In this document: in pieces, positions 1 to 13,058 of the stretch
Numbering within the stretch: the stretch's first letter is position 1
Layout of the letters: each line of letters begins with the position of its first letter
DNA from: the human T2T-CHM13v2.0 reference genome, Homo sapiens
DNA: 64,000 bases
Direction: 5' to 3' (one strand)
NCBI RefSeq assembly: GCF_009914755.1
Contig: NC_060927.1
Translations under genes and position numbers: made by a program
Notes under the pieces: generated by a model
Told to the model about the DNA's origin: nothing
The model's database searches: none
The model's input: only the letters and a program-made list of their open reading frames with translations

Positions 1-69
1 TTCAAAAATAAATAAATAAATAATTTAAAAATTTTTAAAAGAAAAATGCCAATTAGAAATGTCTAGAAA

Positions 70-562
70 TTACCCCTGCAGTTTCCTGGCCCATAGTTTC
101 AGTTATCCACAGTCAACTACAGTCTGGAAATATTAAGTGAAAAATTCCAGAAATAAACAATTCATAAGCTTTAAATCGCGCACTGTTCTGAGTAATATGA
201 CAAAATCTCGCACCATCCTTCTCTGTCTCAGGTAGAACATGAATCCTCCCTCTTCCCAGCGTATCCACACTATATATGCTACCCACCTGTTAGTCACATA
301 GGAGCCCTCAGTTACCAGATTCACTGTCATGGTATCTCAGTACTTGTGTGCAAGTCACCCTTATTTTACCTAATAATGGCCCCAAGGCAGAAAAGTAGGA
401 TGCTGACACTTCAGATAGGTCAAAGAGAAGCTCAAAGTGCTTCCTTTAAGTGAAAAGGTGACCTTGGCATTCTTTGGGTAGGGTGTGGTACTATCATGGT
501 TTCAGGCATGTTTGGGGGACAGGCTGTTGAACACAGCCCCCATGGATAAGCAGAGACTACTA
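70..562. mobile_element. MER44 (Tigger7-derived DNA transposon)
   Basis: gtttcagttatccacagtcaac...aaattccagaaataaacaattcataag resembles the MER44 consensus; the end resembles the TIR (ggataagcagagactact). Confidence 0.7.
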
Positions 563-1500
563 TAGATGGAATGACAGAATAAGAAAACTGTCATTTTGCA
601 ATCTTTCATGAAATTACTGATGATGATTATACATCAGAGTTTTGATAATAAATAAAAGGTTGATGGACAATTGGCTATCTGTATGATGCCAAAGTAACAC
701 CACGAAGATTACTTTTTAGTTGCAAGAACTGAAAAAATATAAACTTTACATTGGAGGATCAGGGTGTCACCATTCTAACCCAATAATTAATCGTAACATC
801 ATAAATGATGGAACAAACACCTATTATGTATCTCCTAATGAGATACAATGTAATGTTTAACTGGAATCTAATCAAATTTTACAAGAAATACAGAGGATAG
901 AAAGAAAAGCTAAGGAACATCACAAGAAAGCAATCAAATCCATAAATATATGTCCATAAGATAATAAATAAAAGTTGGTATGTCTTCCAATGGAATCCTA
1001 TATGATAGCTAAATGAATTGGATTTGTATACAGAACATCAATTTAACTCTCAGAAATAAAACGTTGAGTATAAACAAGTTACATAATGATATATGTATAA
1101 ATTATCATTTATAAAAATTCTAAAACTACACACAAGAAGTGATGAACCTTTAGAAGCAACTACGTATAAATAATGATTTTTTTCTAATGGGACTACAGGA
1201 AAACATACCACACCTATCAGCAGGAAGAATGAAAGGAACATGTGGTTAAAGGGGGAAAAAAACACTGGTCATAAATACTGTACTGTAATTAACAGCTGCT
1301 AATCCAGGGCGATGGAAATATAGGTGTTCTCTAATATTTACAGTTTTCTTTGTATATTAAGTTTATTAAAACAAACAGGAAAAAAGCATAATAAAAATGC
1401 TTTGGATATCAGAGCCAATCCACCCTAAATCTTGACTGCAACAATGACTAGTTGTATGACCTTAGGCATGTTAGTTACCTTCTCAAAAGTTTCATTTTTC

Positions 1501-1795
<295 letters not shown>

Positions 1796-2455
1796 AAAAG
1801 TTTCATTTTTCAGCTATAAATCAGGCATCACAAAACTAATTATTGTGAGGTTTAATGGAAAGAACTTGGATTAACCAGTCAGCACAGGGCCTGGTCCAGG
1901 ACCAAGAGCACTTAATGGTTTCTGAATATTCCCAACATAAAGAAATGATAAATTTTTGAGGTTATAGATATCCTGAATTTCTGATTTGACCATTACACAT
2001 TTATGCATGTATCAAAATATCACATGTACTTTATAAATATGTACACTTATCAATCAATAAAAATATTTTTAAAACGATACTCAGGCATGTAGATAAATAA
2101 GGGCTCAATTGAAGTGGCCTCTGTGTTCATAGCATGTGTGTATCATAGAAATCAAACTGGCCAGAGATCTCGGATTGGCTCATTTCCTGATAGTGAGAGC
2201 ACAGGGCAGCTGGCCTGCCTCCTTAGGACAGCTGAGCAGTGGGCTACAAGGACCCCGACACTGTTCTAAATCCCATGTCCCAGGGGAGGGACGGAGAGAA
2301 GAATCAACAATATTGACGAATAGAAAACAATATGAAAAGCCCCAACAGGGAAGTACACTATTATTTTATTACTGACTTCTTAAATGCCACACATCACTGT
2401 CAAGAAAGAAATTATAACTTAAAAATAATTTCCATTTTCTAAAAGATAAACTTGT

Positions 2456-2582
2456 GGCCAGGCACTGTGGTTCACACCTATAATCCCAGGACTTTAGGAG
2501 GCTAAGGCGGGAGGATCGCTGGAGGCCAGGAGTTCAAGACCAACCTGAGGGAACAGTGAGACCCCATAGATAAAAAAAAAAA
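2456..2582 (+). mobile_element. FLAM_C Alu monomer
   Basis: Left monomer with A tail; TSD aagataaacttgt. Confidence 0.85.
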
Positions 2583-3433
2583 ATTTTAAGATAAACTTGT
2601 GCTTATATTAACTACATATGAATTTGCCAACTATAAGCAATTTCCATTAAGCAAACAGTATCTTATCTATCCCACCAACTTAGTGCAATGCTGGGTGAAC
2701 AGCAAGCCACCAGTAATTACTTGTTGATTTAGGGGTTGATCTGCAGCAGCTGAAAAAACATCTCAAATACTAGAAAAGCTCAGAAAACCTCCAAAGATAA
2801 AAAAGGTTATCAGTTTCCAGTGTTGTAAGTGGTAGAGACAAACTCAAACAAGACTCCAGATCTCACATTCTTGGCTGCTAGATCCCAGGGAGTGTGCTGC
2901 CTGCTCACTATGCTTCCTATGCTAAGGAGCTCTTCTGACCAGAGCTGCTTTGAGTTTTAATTTCTTGCAACCATTGAACTTTGATATAAACAGTATGGCA
3001 GCATCACAGCCTTATCATTTTCACAAGGAAGACTCAAAATTCCTACCCTTAAAACCTGAAATACAAATTTTTAACAAGAACAGTAACTAATTGTTCATGC
3101 AGATATACACCTTTTTATTTAACACCAAAAACATACTGGACGTCACTAGAAAATAAATGGAGGTATCAGTGTTTAAATGCAAAGATTCCAGGAAAACAGA
3201 CAAACAGAGATACTACAATGGCACAATTATTTAAGCCAAAATAACCTGAAACTCTTTCCTGGGGTGCAAAAATGTTGGCTATTTCCTGCAAAAAGAAATC
3301 AAATGTAATTATTTAAAAAGTAATTATTCTAATTTCAAATGTAATATATGTTCATTAGAGAAAATTTAGGGAATGCCAGAAGAGCACAGAGACAATAAAA
3401 GCTTAAAAATAACAATATTAACATTAAAAAAAA

Positions 3434-3590
3434 ATTTAGAGATGTGTCTTGCTATGTTTCCCAGGCTGGACAGCAGTGGCCATTCACAGGCACAATTATT
3501 TTGCACTGCAGACTCAAACTCCTGGCCTCAAGTGATCCACCCCAGTAGCCAGGACCACAGGCATTTGCCACAATGCCGGGCAACAACGTT
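3434..3590 (-). mobile_element. FAM-like Alu monomer
   Basis: agagatgtgtcttgctatgtttcccaggctgg...attcacaggcacaatt. Confidence 0.65.
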
Positions 3591-3748
3591 CACATTTTTT
3601 ATGAAGATCTGTCAAGTCTTCTGGCTCCATGGGTTTATATAAGCCCCTCTTTCATCTGCTACAACTACTCCCTCCCAATCCTATTTCAACCACAATGGCT
3701 TCTGTTCTTTTTTATTCTTTTAATCTTTTAATTAAAAAATATATAAAT

Positions 3749-3889
<141 letters not shown>

Positions 3890-4092
3890 TGAATATGTCA
3901 ACTATTTTCCTCTCTTGCAGAGCCTGCACTTACTCTGCCCCTCCAACCAAAAAGCTGGTTGTTGGAAAGGCTGGCTCCTTCTCATGCCTCACATCTCAGC
4001 ACAGTGTCACTTAGGAGAGTCCTTCCCTGACCCCTTATCTCAAGTAGTTCCCCCAGCACTTATTTTCTATCACATCCCTCATTATTCCCTTC

Positions 4093-4713
4093 CATAAAGT
4101 ATATGAATGTGCTTTGGTTAAGGAATAGGCTAAGGCGAATATCTGGGCCAAAGTGACTTAGCAAGTTTAGGGCACAGGTGCATACTTCACTTGTTAGATA
4201 ACCTGTCTTTGTAAGTTTATACTTGGCTTTGAGTTGCTATTGTTTGTAAAAGGTATAACTGCCCTGCTGATGCTGCCCATGGGGTTTGGGTTGGCTTGAC
4301 ATGGCTTGGAGGTGCACTAATGCCCAGAGAGAGTAATGCTACTGACCCCTGTAAGGAAGAGTGGATTGCCTTGAAGGCGGGAAGTGGGGACTTATGCCCA
4401 GAGGGAAAAAATTAAGCTGCTAACCCTGGTAGTATAGGCCAGGGAGTGCAGCTGCAAGGCTGGGGGCAGCAGGAGCAGGCTCATAAGAGGAGCCACAAAG
4501 CTGAAGCAAACAGCCAAGATAAAGAAACTGTGAGAAACAGTTAGTGTAAGGAAGCTGCTGATTAAAAAGCTGCTGAATAAAACTACATTTCACCTGCCTA
4601 AAGCCCCCCGAGTGTTCTTTCAGCAATTCGCCCATCCACCCACTCCCCTCGGACCTCAACTGGGACTCAAACCTAACACCTTGTTGGACCTCAGCTGGGA
4701 CTTAAACCTAACA
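4093..4713 (+). mobile_element. LTR18-family solo LTR (ERVL), inside an L2 remnant
   Basis: gtgctttggttaaggaataggctaaggcg...aaaaggtataactgccctgctga matches recalled LTR18. AATAAA near 4576. 5-bp TSD ccttc at 4088-4092 and 4714-4718. Confidence 0.75.
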
Positions 4714-5541
4714 CCTTCTCAGCATTTAACCCTGTCTAGACTTTTAAAAATCTATTTCTATTTGTTTATTGTCTATTCCCTTCAAAAGAATATAAGATTG
4801 GAGAGAGGGAAAACCTGACCCCACTTATTCACTGCTATATGTCCAGTGTCTAACACATAGTAGGCTCTCTGTAATATTTGCATACTTTGCAAATGATTTG
4901 GTAATGTACTTTTATCCACTTAGTAAATATTCCTAAGAATAAGCTGAATCCAAAAGTAACCTGAATTTGTTGATTATGTTTTTCTTCAGCTGTCTTCTAA
5001 TAACAAAACCTTATTGTAATAGGCTATGCTGATTCTGATCATGTGCATTTTAAAAGGTCCAAAAAAACAAGAAACAAATTTCAGTTAAATTTTAGGTCCA
5101 AGCACGCTAGAGTCAGGATCATCCATATGCTAACTATTATAGATAATTACCAAACTACTGTCAGTTTTGCAACATTCTAACTTTTCTTCTACATAAAATA
5201 CTGCAAAGGGAGTGGAAATCTTAATTGCCTAAAAAAAGGTCCTGTGCATATTAAGTTTAATTCAAATCATCATTACACCAATCATGTATATTCCTTATAA
5301 AGGGAAAATAACTATCAATTCACATCTTTGAGGGAAATTCCCCCACTACCCTTTCAAACTAAACACATTAACTCATAAAGCAATATAAAACTCTACCATT
5401 CAATTAGACTTGTCAATTAAACATCTAATTATTTTCACAACTCACTGCTGCTTTGTGTTTGAGGCCCTCCCCTGATTATATTAGAAATAAACACAACCAG
5501 TGCCATCTGACCACTACTTTTTCTTCCCCTCTTCTTTAACC

Positions 5542-5885
5542 CAGTGGTTCTCACTTTGCGGCACATTATAATCTCCTGGAGAACTTGAAAAATACTGGAA
5601 GCCAAGCGGGATCCCAGGCCAACTAAATCAGAGTTTCAGAGGGTGGCAGGGCTCAGGTGGCAGTAATTTTAGTATACGTGCTGCCAAAGCGAGCACCAGG
5701 TGGCAGTATTTTTAAAGCTCCCAGGTGATTTGAATGTGATGCCTAGACCCTCACCACTCAAAGTGCATGGGCACCACCTAGGAGTGTATTAGGAATACAA
5801 AGCCCCAGGCCCCACCCTAGACCTAGTGAATCAGAAACATTTTTAACAGGTGGCTTGTGGACATACTGAAGTTTGAGAAGCAATG
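5542..5885. mobile_element. MER5A/MER5A1 (hAT-Charlie) copies
   Basis: cagtggttctca start, tttttaaagctcccaggtgat and aagtttgagaagca motifs. Confidence 0.65.
5665..5696 (-). pseudogene. 3'-truncated U6 snRNA retrocopy (nt 1-32)
   Basis: Reverse complement GTGCTCGCTTTGGCAGCACGTATACTAAAATT versus U6 GTGCTCGCTTCGGCAGCACATATACTAAAATT (30/32). Flanked by direct repeat caggtggcagt at 5654-5664 and 5697-5707. Confidence 0.93.
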
Positions 5886-5889
5886 AAAT

Positions 5890-6065
5890 CCACTTGAGCA
5901 AATTACTCAACCTTTTTAAGCTTCAGTTACCTTATCTGTAAAATGGGAGCAATAATACCTTCTTTGCGGGTTTATTGCCAGAGCTACATGAAATAATACG
6001 TGCTAAACATCTAGGATGGGGCTGGCACACAGTAAGGGCTAAGTAGATGGTATTGCTGTTATTAT
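5890..6065 (+). mobile_element. MIR
   Basis: Core motif cttcagttaccttatctgtaaaatggg and tggcacacagtaag. Confidence 0.75.
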
Positions 6066-7170
6066 TAGAGTCCACACTATATGCTTCCTCTACATATATT
6101 ATTTGTCTACATTTCCTTTACAAACCTTGCTCCTAACTCCCAAATGTGTCTTACATGGCATGACATGCTCTGTAATACAATTAAACATGCAAATAAATCT
6201 TAGTGGATCCACCTTCTCCTTCCAAATCAGTAAGTCTTCTCCTAGAGTCCAAGGTTTCTGTTTTCCTAGAATCTCCCAGTGCCTGATGTTCTGCTATCCT
6301 GCAAATACGAGCCCCAAAGAACTACTGGTAGAGGTCCACAAAGCCAAACGCACATTTCTGGGTTCCGCCTCTGCACATGTGCTCCCCTCTCCTGGGATCC
6401 TTCTTTCTGCCCCATGGTCTTTCTACAACTGAACATCATTTTTTCTGGGAACCACTCACACTGTCAAAAGTCTCACCATAGGCACTTGTAGCAGCTGGAG
6501 GAGAGCTGCAAAATACAAGAAATTTTTCCAGCTGTAGTGCGTGTGATATTCAAGTGGTGTCAGGCTACTTTGAGGATTGTGCATATTTGATATGGTTTAC
6601 ATTTTTCTCCTTACTTTGGAGCATACAGCTGGACATATAATAGGAAGTGAAATTTTATTTACTGAATGAATGAATAGCAATTGGTATATCTGCTTAATTT
6701 GATAACACTTAAAAATGAAATATGCTTTACTCTGTCAGGGTAAATAGGCTCACATTAAAAAGAACCTGCTTTCTACTCTATCCAATTTCTTCATACTCCC
6801 CTCTCTCCAAAATTTTAGCAATAGTCCTTGCTTGGTCCTGGCACTGTAGTAAGTATGTTTTATATTTCCATTCGTTTGATGACTGCCGCAATCTTATGAA
6901 GTAGGCACCAATATTATAACATTTATCTTTCAGTTAACCAGCTTGAAATTTGGACACCTGTTCAGGAGTCAGGGTGTCAGAGCCTGCAAAGCAGCACTAA
7001 AAACTCAGGTATATTCACCACCCCAAGTGGAGTCTGTAGCCACTGCACTACAAAAGCTTCCCTCCTGCCTTGTTTTATCCTATTGGCCTGGTATCTTCAT
7101 ACTTTCACAGTGCAGCACCTCTGTTCTTCTTCAGAGGTGAAGAGTTGTCAGAGCTCAACGAGAAACTTTT

Positions 7171-7352
7171 GGCCGGGCATGGTGGCTCATGCCTGTAATC
7201 CCAGCACTTTGGGAGGCCAAGGCTGGCAGACTGCTTGAGGTCAGGAGTTCAAGAGCAGCCTGGCAACATGGTGAAACCTCATCTCTACTAAAAACACAAA
7301 AATTAGGCAGGCATACTGGTGCATGCCTGTAATGCCAGCTATTCGAGTGGCT
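7171..7352 (+). mobile_element. 3'-truncated Alu (left arm plus start of right arm)
   Basis: Alu consensus up to gtggct, then stops with no tail. Confidence 0.85.
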
Positions 7353-7479
7353 AAACCAGGAACTTTAAAGAAAGGGAAGTTTAGTCCAATTTCCATGCAA
7401 ATCATGCTCACCCAGTTTTCAACAAGTCCTCTCCAACAAGTTCACTTTTTGGCAATGGAGAAATTCCTGAAGGGACTAA

Positions 7480-8260
7480 TGTTAATGCATCTGTATTCCA
7501 AATAACCCTGAATAAGTTGCTGAGACTCTGTAAACATTAGTGAACACTTATGACACAAACACAATGACCATCAGGAGCTAGAAGAGATTCACTGAGAATG
7601 CTCTGTTTGACTATCCTAAGCCCCATTTTCAATAGGGTTCTTCAATAGAAGATCAAGGTAACTCGCAGGTAACACCTAAGAATCAAGCTTCTCTGTAAAG
7701 AGAGCTGGACACTTAAAGTCCTTCTGAACAAAATGGGAAAATGTGAGTAATAATAGTAGCTAGATGGCTTAAAAATTGGCTGATCCATCATAGCCAGTGT
7801 ATTTTTCATGCAGTCATTTGTTCAAGAAACATTTCTTGGGCTTGTGCTGGACTCTGGGAATAGTGTTCCACAAAAGTGCCAGAGACTTGTCCTCCTGCTG
7901 ATGTTCTAAGGTTGACTGGAGCATCTTTGTCAAACTGGGGAAAAAAATCACAGGCCTATCTTTAGCCTTTTCTCATTTCATATTTCTAATTAAAGAACGT
8001 GGGCTTATTCAATTTTGTAGGCAGGAAAAAAAATGACAAATTCATTAAAAGATGTAATTACAATCCAAAAGGTTTTAACAGGTGAGAAAAAGCTAAAGAC
8101 AGCAAGATGAAATTTGATGGGAACACATTTATTGTCCTATGTCAGAGTTCGAAAAACCAGCTGCACAAGGGCAGGATGGGGGGCCATTTTAACAGCAGCC
8201 TAAACAGACCTTACAGTTTAGCTGAGTATGAGTCCAATATGATAAAAGGTGGTGAAGTAA
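7480..8260. mobile_element. Ancient CR1/L3-like and L2 remnants
   Basis: Degenerate similarity only (gatgaaatttgatggg...ccagctgcacaagggcaggatgggg). Confidence 0.4.
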
Positions 8261-8548
8261 AGGAATAACTGGGCAGTCAGGAAACAAGGATTCTAGTTCT
8301 GGCAGGGAGGCCAAGTCATTGAATTTGAGGAGTTATTTCTCAACAGAATTTTAGGACATTGGGCTAGGATACCTCTCAGGCACCATCTGGCCCTACCAGC
8401 AGAGGGATGATGTTCATTCTTGCACACTGTGTCCCCAGCACCTAGCATAGTGCCTGGCACATAGGAAGCACTCCCAAGTACTTGTGAATGAATGGCAGTG
8501 CTAACAGAAACTCTACAAGTGAATACTAGATTGTGTCCCCCTTCTCTA

Positions 8549-8570
8549 ACACACACACACACACACACAC
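8549..8570 (+). repeat. (AC)11 microsatellite
   Basis: Seen directly. Confidence 0.95.
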
Positions 8571-9877
8571 CCCTAATACACTCCTAGGTTCAAGAAACTG
8601 GAAAAGCATCTGGGCAAAGGGGGTCATAATTCCATAGCCCCATATGAGTTCCATTTTGAAAGGGTCACTAACAAGTTAGAAGAGGGTAACTCATTTGGTG
8701 AAGGGTTTATCATCTCCCATAAGGATTGCATGACATGTGGCTGAAGGATCTGGGGATGTTCTGTTCTGGAGACAAGAAAAGCTTAGAAGTGCCATGGTAG
8801 ATACTTTCAAATTATTTTGAATAATAACATATGTAAGTATCACTCCAGAAGGCAAATGAGAAACCAAAGATAGTGTTATTCTAACAAACGTCGAAGGTCC
8901 CTTCTAACTACAAGGTTCCACAACTTTGTTATTGATGTTTAAAATGTAGTTCATAGAAAAGGTTTCATTTTGGCATATTTTAAATTGTTCAATTTTTAAG
9001 AATGAATTTGAAGTATTTACTGAGTTTAAGAAAAAAGCCCACCTCGAGCACCACTCTCTGTAGTTGTCACACAGTTTTAGGTAGACAGTGAGTATAAATA
9101 CCTATACTCATTACCATTTCCCAATTCTGCCCTTGAAACTCTGCTGGTTGTAGCACCACCACCCTCAGGTATCTTCTAAGATGTATGGGAGAATGTCTTT
9201 CATTAAAGCTTCATTAAAAGGGAAGCCTGCTGCTTCATTCAGTGTGCTGAGGTATAAGACATCTGAGTTTTTAAAGACACATGTAAGTAAGACATATTAT
9301 ATATACTGTTATACAAACTACTTTCTTGTAGGCAAAACAATCCCTGTATATGGGAATCTCTGATAGACTTCTGGGTTGTGGCATGCAGAATCTTTTAGGG
9401 ATTTCTGGGTTTGGGCTGAGAAAAATGAGGAGCAAACAAAAGCAGCAGGACTTTAGAAGGAAAATTTAGCCGCAATTTTCTTTTTGCTTCTGCCCTATCT
9501 GCATATTCCAATAAGAACATAAAAATCACTCTTAATAATTTGCAATACATGTTAGGATTTTTAGCAGGGCTGTTTTTTTTTTTAAAGGCATAGTGAACTT
9601 CTGGGCACTATACAAGTTTATAGTGCTTCTAACTACAAATTACAAAGCACATTTCATGACACTGTAAAATCTGTGTTAACATCAATCCCATTTTCCAGGG
9701 AACAGTGCAGCCCAGGTAGAGGAAGACATGGAATCCAAACTCAAGCCCTTCAACTCCAAATGCCAAGCTCCTTCTGCCAGGGCACAGTGCCCCAGGAGAG
9801 ACCAACCTCACATCTAATCTCACAGCCTCCTGAGATTCCTGGGCAGGGAGCAAAGAATGCAGCAGAAGCAGACACAC

Positions 9878-9972
9878 CTTTACACTCGGGGTGAGTAGTC
9901 GGAGAGCACCACGTGATAGAGCAGCCAGCGGGAAGAGCCAACAGGTCAACCGGGTCCAGGGAGCTAAGAAAA
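9878..9972 (-). other. B3GALNT1: B3GALNT1 5'-UTR exon 4 (95 nt)
   Basis: Acceptor atctttgctctgctccAG| and donor AAG|GTGTGT. Matches recalled cDNA TTTTCTTAGCTCCCTGGACCCGG...CCCCGAGTGTAAAG, which precedes the coding exon. Confidence 0.85.
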
Positions 9973-10779
9973 CTGGAGCAGAGCAAAGATCACAAAGTCA
10001 GGCAGAACAGCAGCAAGACTGCCCTGAAAGCTGGGCTTTCTGTGTCTGTTTTGTTACAAAGAGCTTTATCCACTGGAGGAAGAGTATCGGGGAGCTGCTG
10101 CAGTTAACATTTCTTCCCATTACTACCCTAAATTGAGAATATTACAGCTCTTTACTATTCTTCTTAGTTAAGCCATCAATTACCTTTGCTTTAGTCATCT
10201 GAGGGTATTTCATTCCTTCATTCAGTGTTCTGGACCTGTGTTAGAGGTTGGGGCAGCAGTGGGGAAGCAGACAGACAAGCCCTGTCCTCAAGTTGCCGAC
10301 ACTCAATGCAGAGCGTGGTGGAAGACTCACAACGACACATTTCACACCAAACATCATGAGTGAGGCCCACCTAGAGAACATGGGGGAGGCTTTCCAGCTC
10401 AAATGTTTCTAAACTAGTGACCAAAATCCACAGCAGGGAACTGAGTTTGCACTCTCAGAATGTGTTAGTGCCCAATAGAGGCATAAATTTAGAGCCTGTT
10501 ATCAGTATGGAGAAGGGAACTATTTAATACTAAGAGATAAAACTGGACGGTAATTTTTTATCTTAGAAAGTGCGTAACTCCATTCTCAACGACAAAGTCT
10601 GTAACCAAAATAGCAGCCAAATACAATTCCAGATATGAGATATGGTTTGAGCCCTATGACATGCTGCAGGAATAGGTGGCTGCAGGCTTGTGAAATGTTT
10701 TAACAGGAGGACTTGTGTATTCTAACTTTTATGAGACTATTCAAAATGCACAGCTTGAGTTTAGCAGAAATCCATGTTC

Positions 10780-10982
10780 TATCCCAGAAGCGGGCAAACT
10801 TTTTTCCCCATAAAAGGCAGATAGTAAATATCTTCTTTGAGGGCCCTAGGGTCTGTCTCAGCTACTCCATTCTGCTTTTGCATAGAAAGTGGTAACTCCA
10901 TTCTTGAAAACAAACTCTGGAAACAAAATAGCTAAATATAGTTCCAGATAACAGACAACAGAAAGAGAAGCAACAGACAATG
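10780..10982. mobile_element. MER58A fragment
   Basis: ggcaaactttttt...cagatagtaaatat. Confidence 0.55.
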
Positions 10983-11829
10983 AGATCCTACCTACCTACC
11001 TGTGTTCAGAGTCAGAAATACATGGGGTGGGAAACCGATAACCTACTCTAGCTTTCTTTTAGTTCCTTAATGTCTCAGAGATTCAAGGAGTGCAGGTTAT
11101 CTCCCCAGCCAAATCTCCCAACCTTCCAGCACTTGGGGCCCTACCCTACAGATGTTCTGTGGCTTCATCTTCCTTCCCCATGCTGATGCGCCCCCTACAA
11201 ACTGCCGTATTTCTAGCTCATCCTCTCATCTTCCCCTAGCCTCTAATTCACAATATGCCAAAAGGACTGGTAACAAAAGCAAATCAGTATTTATAATATA
11301 CAATTTTTTATTAGTATAAAAGCATTGTCCATAGTCCCAAGAGAGATGTTTGCCAAACAGCCTGCTGTTAAATGAACTGTAACTTTTGAATGTATCTGTT
11401 GTGCAAGGTCATTAAGAGTATCCTGTTTGATCCCACGTGCTTGACCCCATCCATGTGGCTATCTACCACACAGTGCGAGTTTACCCCATAGCGAGCAACC
11501 ATGATCCATCCTGTTAAAAGCTTCTTTGGTCTGGACATGATATAGTTGTGAAAGGGACAAAGACATTTCCCAAAAGAGGGTTCTACCTGCATCATCCAAT
11601 GGTGGATGGAACAAAGCTGGAGGCTGGGCACAAGAAGAAGAGACATCATCCATCCAAAGGGGAAAGAGAAAAAGTACTCAATGGAGCATTTTCTTAGGCA
11701 TAAAGGGAATTGAGTCAGAACTTGAAGTTGAATATGACCCACCAAATTAACTTTTTATAGTTATTGGGTTTTCCTGAAGAACCATGGTATTTTAATAATT
11801 CAATTTTTTAGAAAATATATATATTATTA

Positions 11830-11975
11830 GAGCCGGGTGAGGTGGCACACACCTGAAGTCCTCGCTACTCTGCAGGCTTAGGTAGGAGGATCATTTGAGC
11901 CCAGGGGTTCCAGTCCAGCCTGGGAAACATAAAGTGGCCTTGTCTCTATTTTTCAAGCAAGAAAAAAGAAAAAAA
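11830..11975 (+). mobile_element. FLAM_A-like Alu monomer
   Basis: Monomer with A-rich tail between aaaatatatattat-like direct repeats. Confidence 0.75.
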
Positions 11976-12166
11976 TATATTATCCAAAATGGCTTAGTAG
12001 AGCTTCACTCTTGAATTTCTTCAAATCCTCTGATGAAAGAATCGTACTAGAATATACAACAAACTTCGTGGCTGCATCAACGATACTTAAAACCTTGTAA
12101 AGGGCATTATTATGGGCATTTTTAACCAATTAGGATAATTTATAAGTTAAAAGTAGATGAACTTAC

Positions 12167-12257
12167 CTGTGGAATTCCAGATGAAATTAAAGCTTAAGTT
12201 TTTTGTTGTTTTCTGTATTCCATGCTTAATTAAAACACTCAGATCTGTTGTGAACTA
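12167..12257 (-). other. B3GALNT1: B3GALNT1 5'-UTR exon 3 (91 nt, NAGNAG acceptor)
   Basis: Long pyrimidine tract followed by CAG|TAG, and a perfect donor CAG|GTAAGT. Matches recalled cDNA TAGTTCACAACAGATCTGAG...GGAATTCCACAG. Confidence 0.85.
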
Positions 12258-12438
12258 CTGAACAGAAGAACAGAAAAAAATATATATGAGTCATAACATT
12301 AGGAATTATGACATCTAAAATCAATGTTGTATACTTAGCAAGTTGTTTTTGGAGCCATTTATTACATATCAACACTTTTTTCATTTTTGGAAAAGCCTTG
12401 ATCCTCTCTTCTCGCTTTCAAATCACCTCATGCTCTAA

Positions 12439-12766
<328 letters not shown>

Positions 12767-13058
12767 TGGATGCTGTTTTGACAACAGTGTTTATTTTCAG
12801 GTCTGGAGTTATCCAATGGCCATTCATTTGAACGAACATTTTAGTCTATGAGGGGAAAAAAGTCATAGTCTCTTATCTGTCAGTAATAAACGATTCTGTT
12901 CTCCAGACTGATACGCGTTCGGTAATTTGTGCTTTTATCAGGCATCGACACATGCATACTAAGAGCACAAATTCAGCGCCCTTCTTTTGCTTAAGCCTCC
13001 TGGGAGAAGCTAAAAAACTTGTTCCCAGTTGAACACTGCAAACCCAAATTTTCCTTAC

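Noticed and set aside
11368-11745. 125-aa minus-strand ORF as a small gene or processed pseudogene
   Set aside because: Non-ATG start, no homology recognised, no poly(A) tail or TSD. Only the splice and poly(A) signals are kept as a weak finding.
12870-12970. Possible intronic snoRNA (small multi-exon gene suggested a snoRNA host)
   Set aside because: No canonical C box/D box pair with terminal stem and no clear H/ACA structure. The exons match the B3GALNT1 leader.
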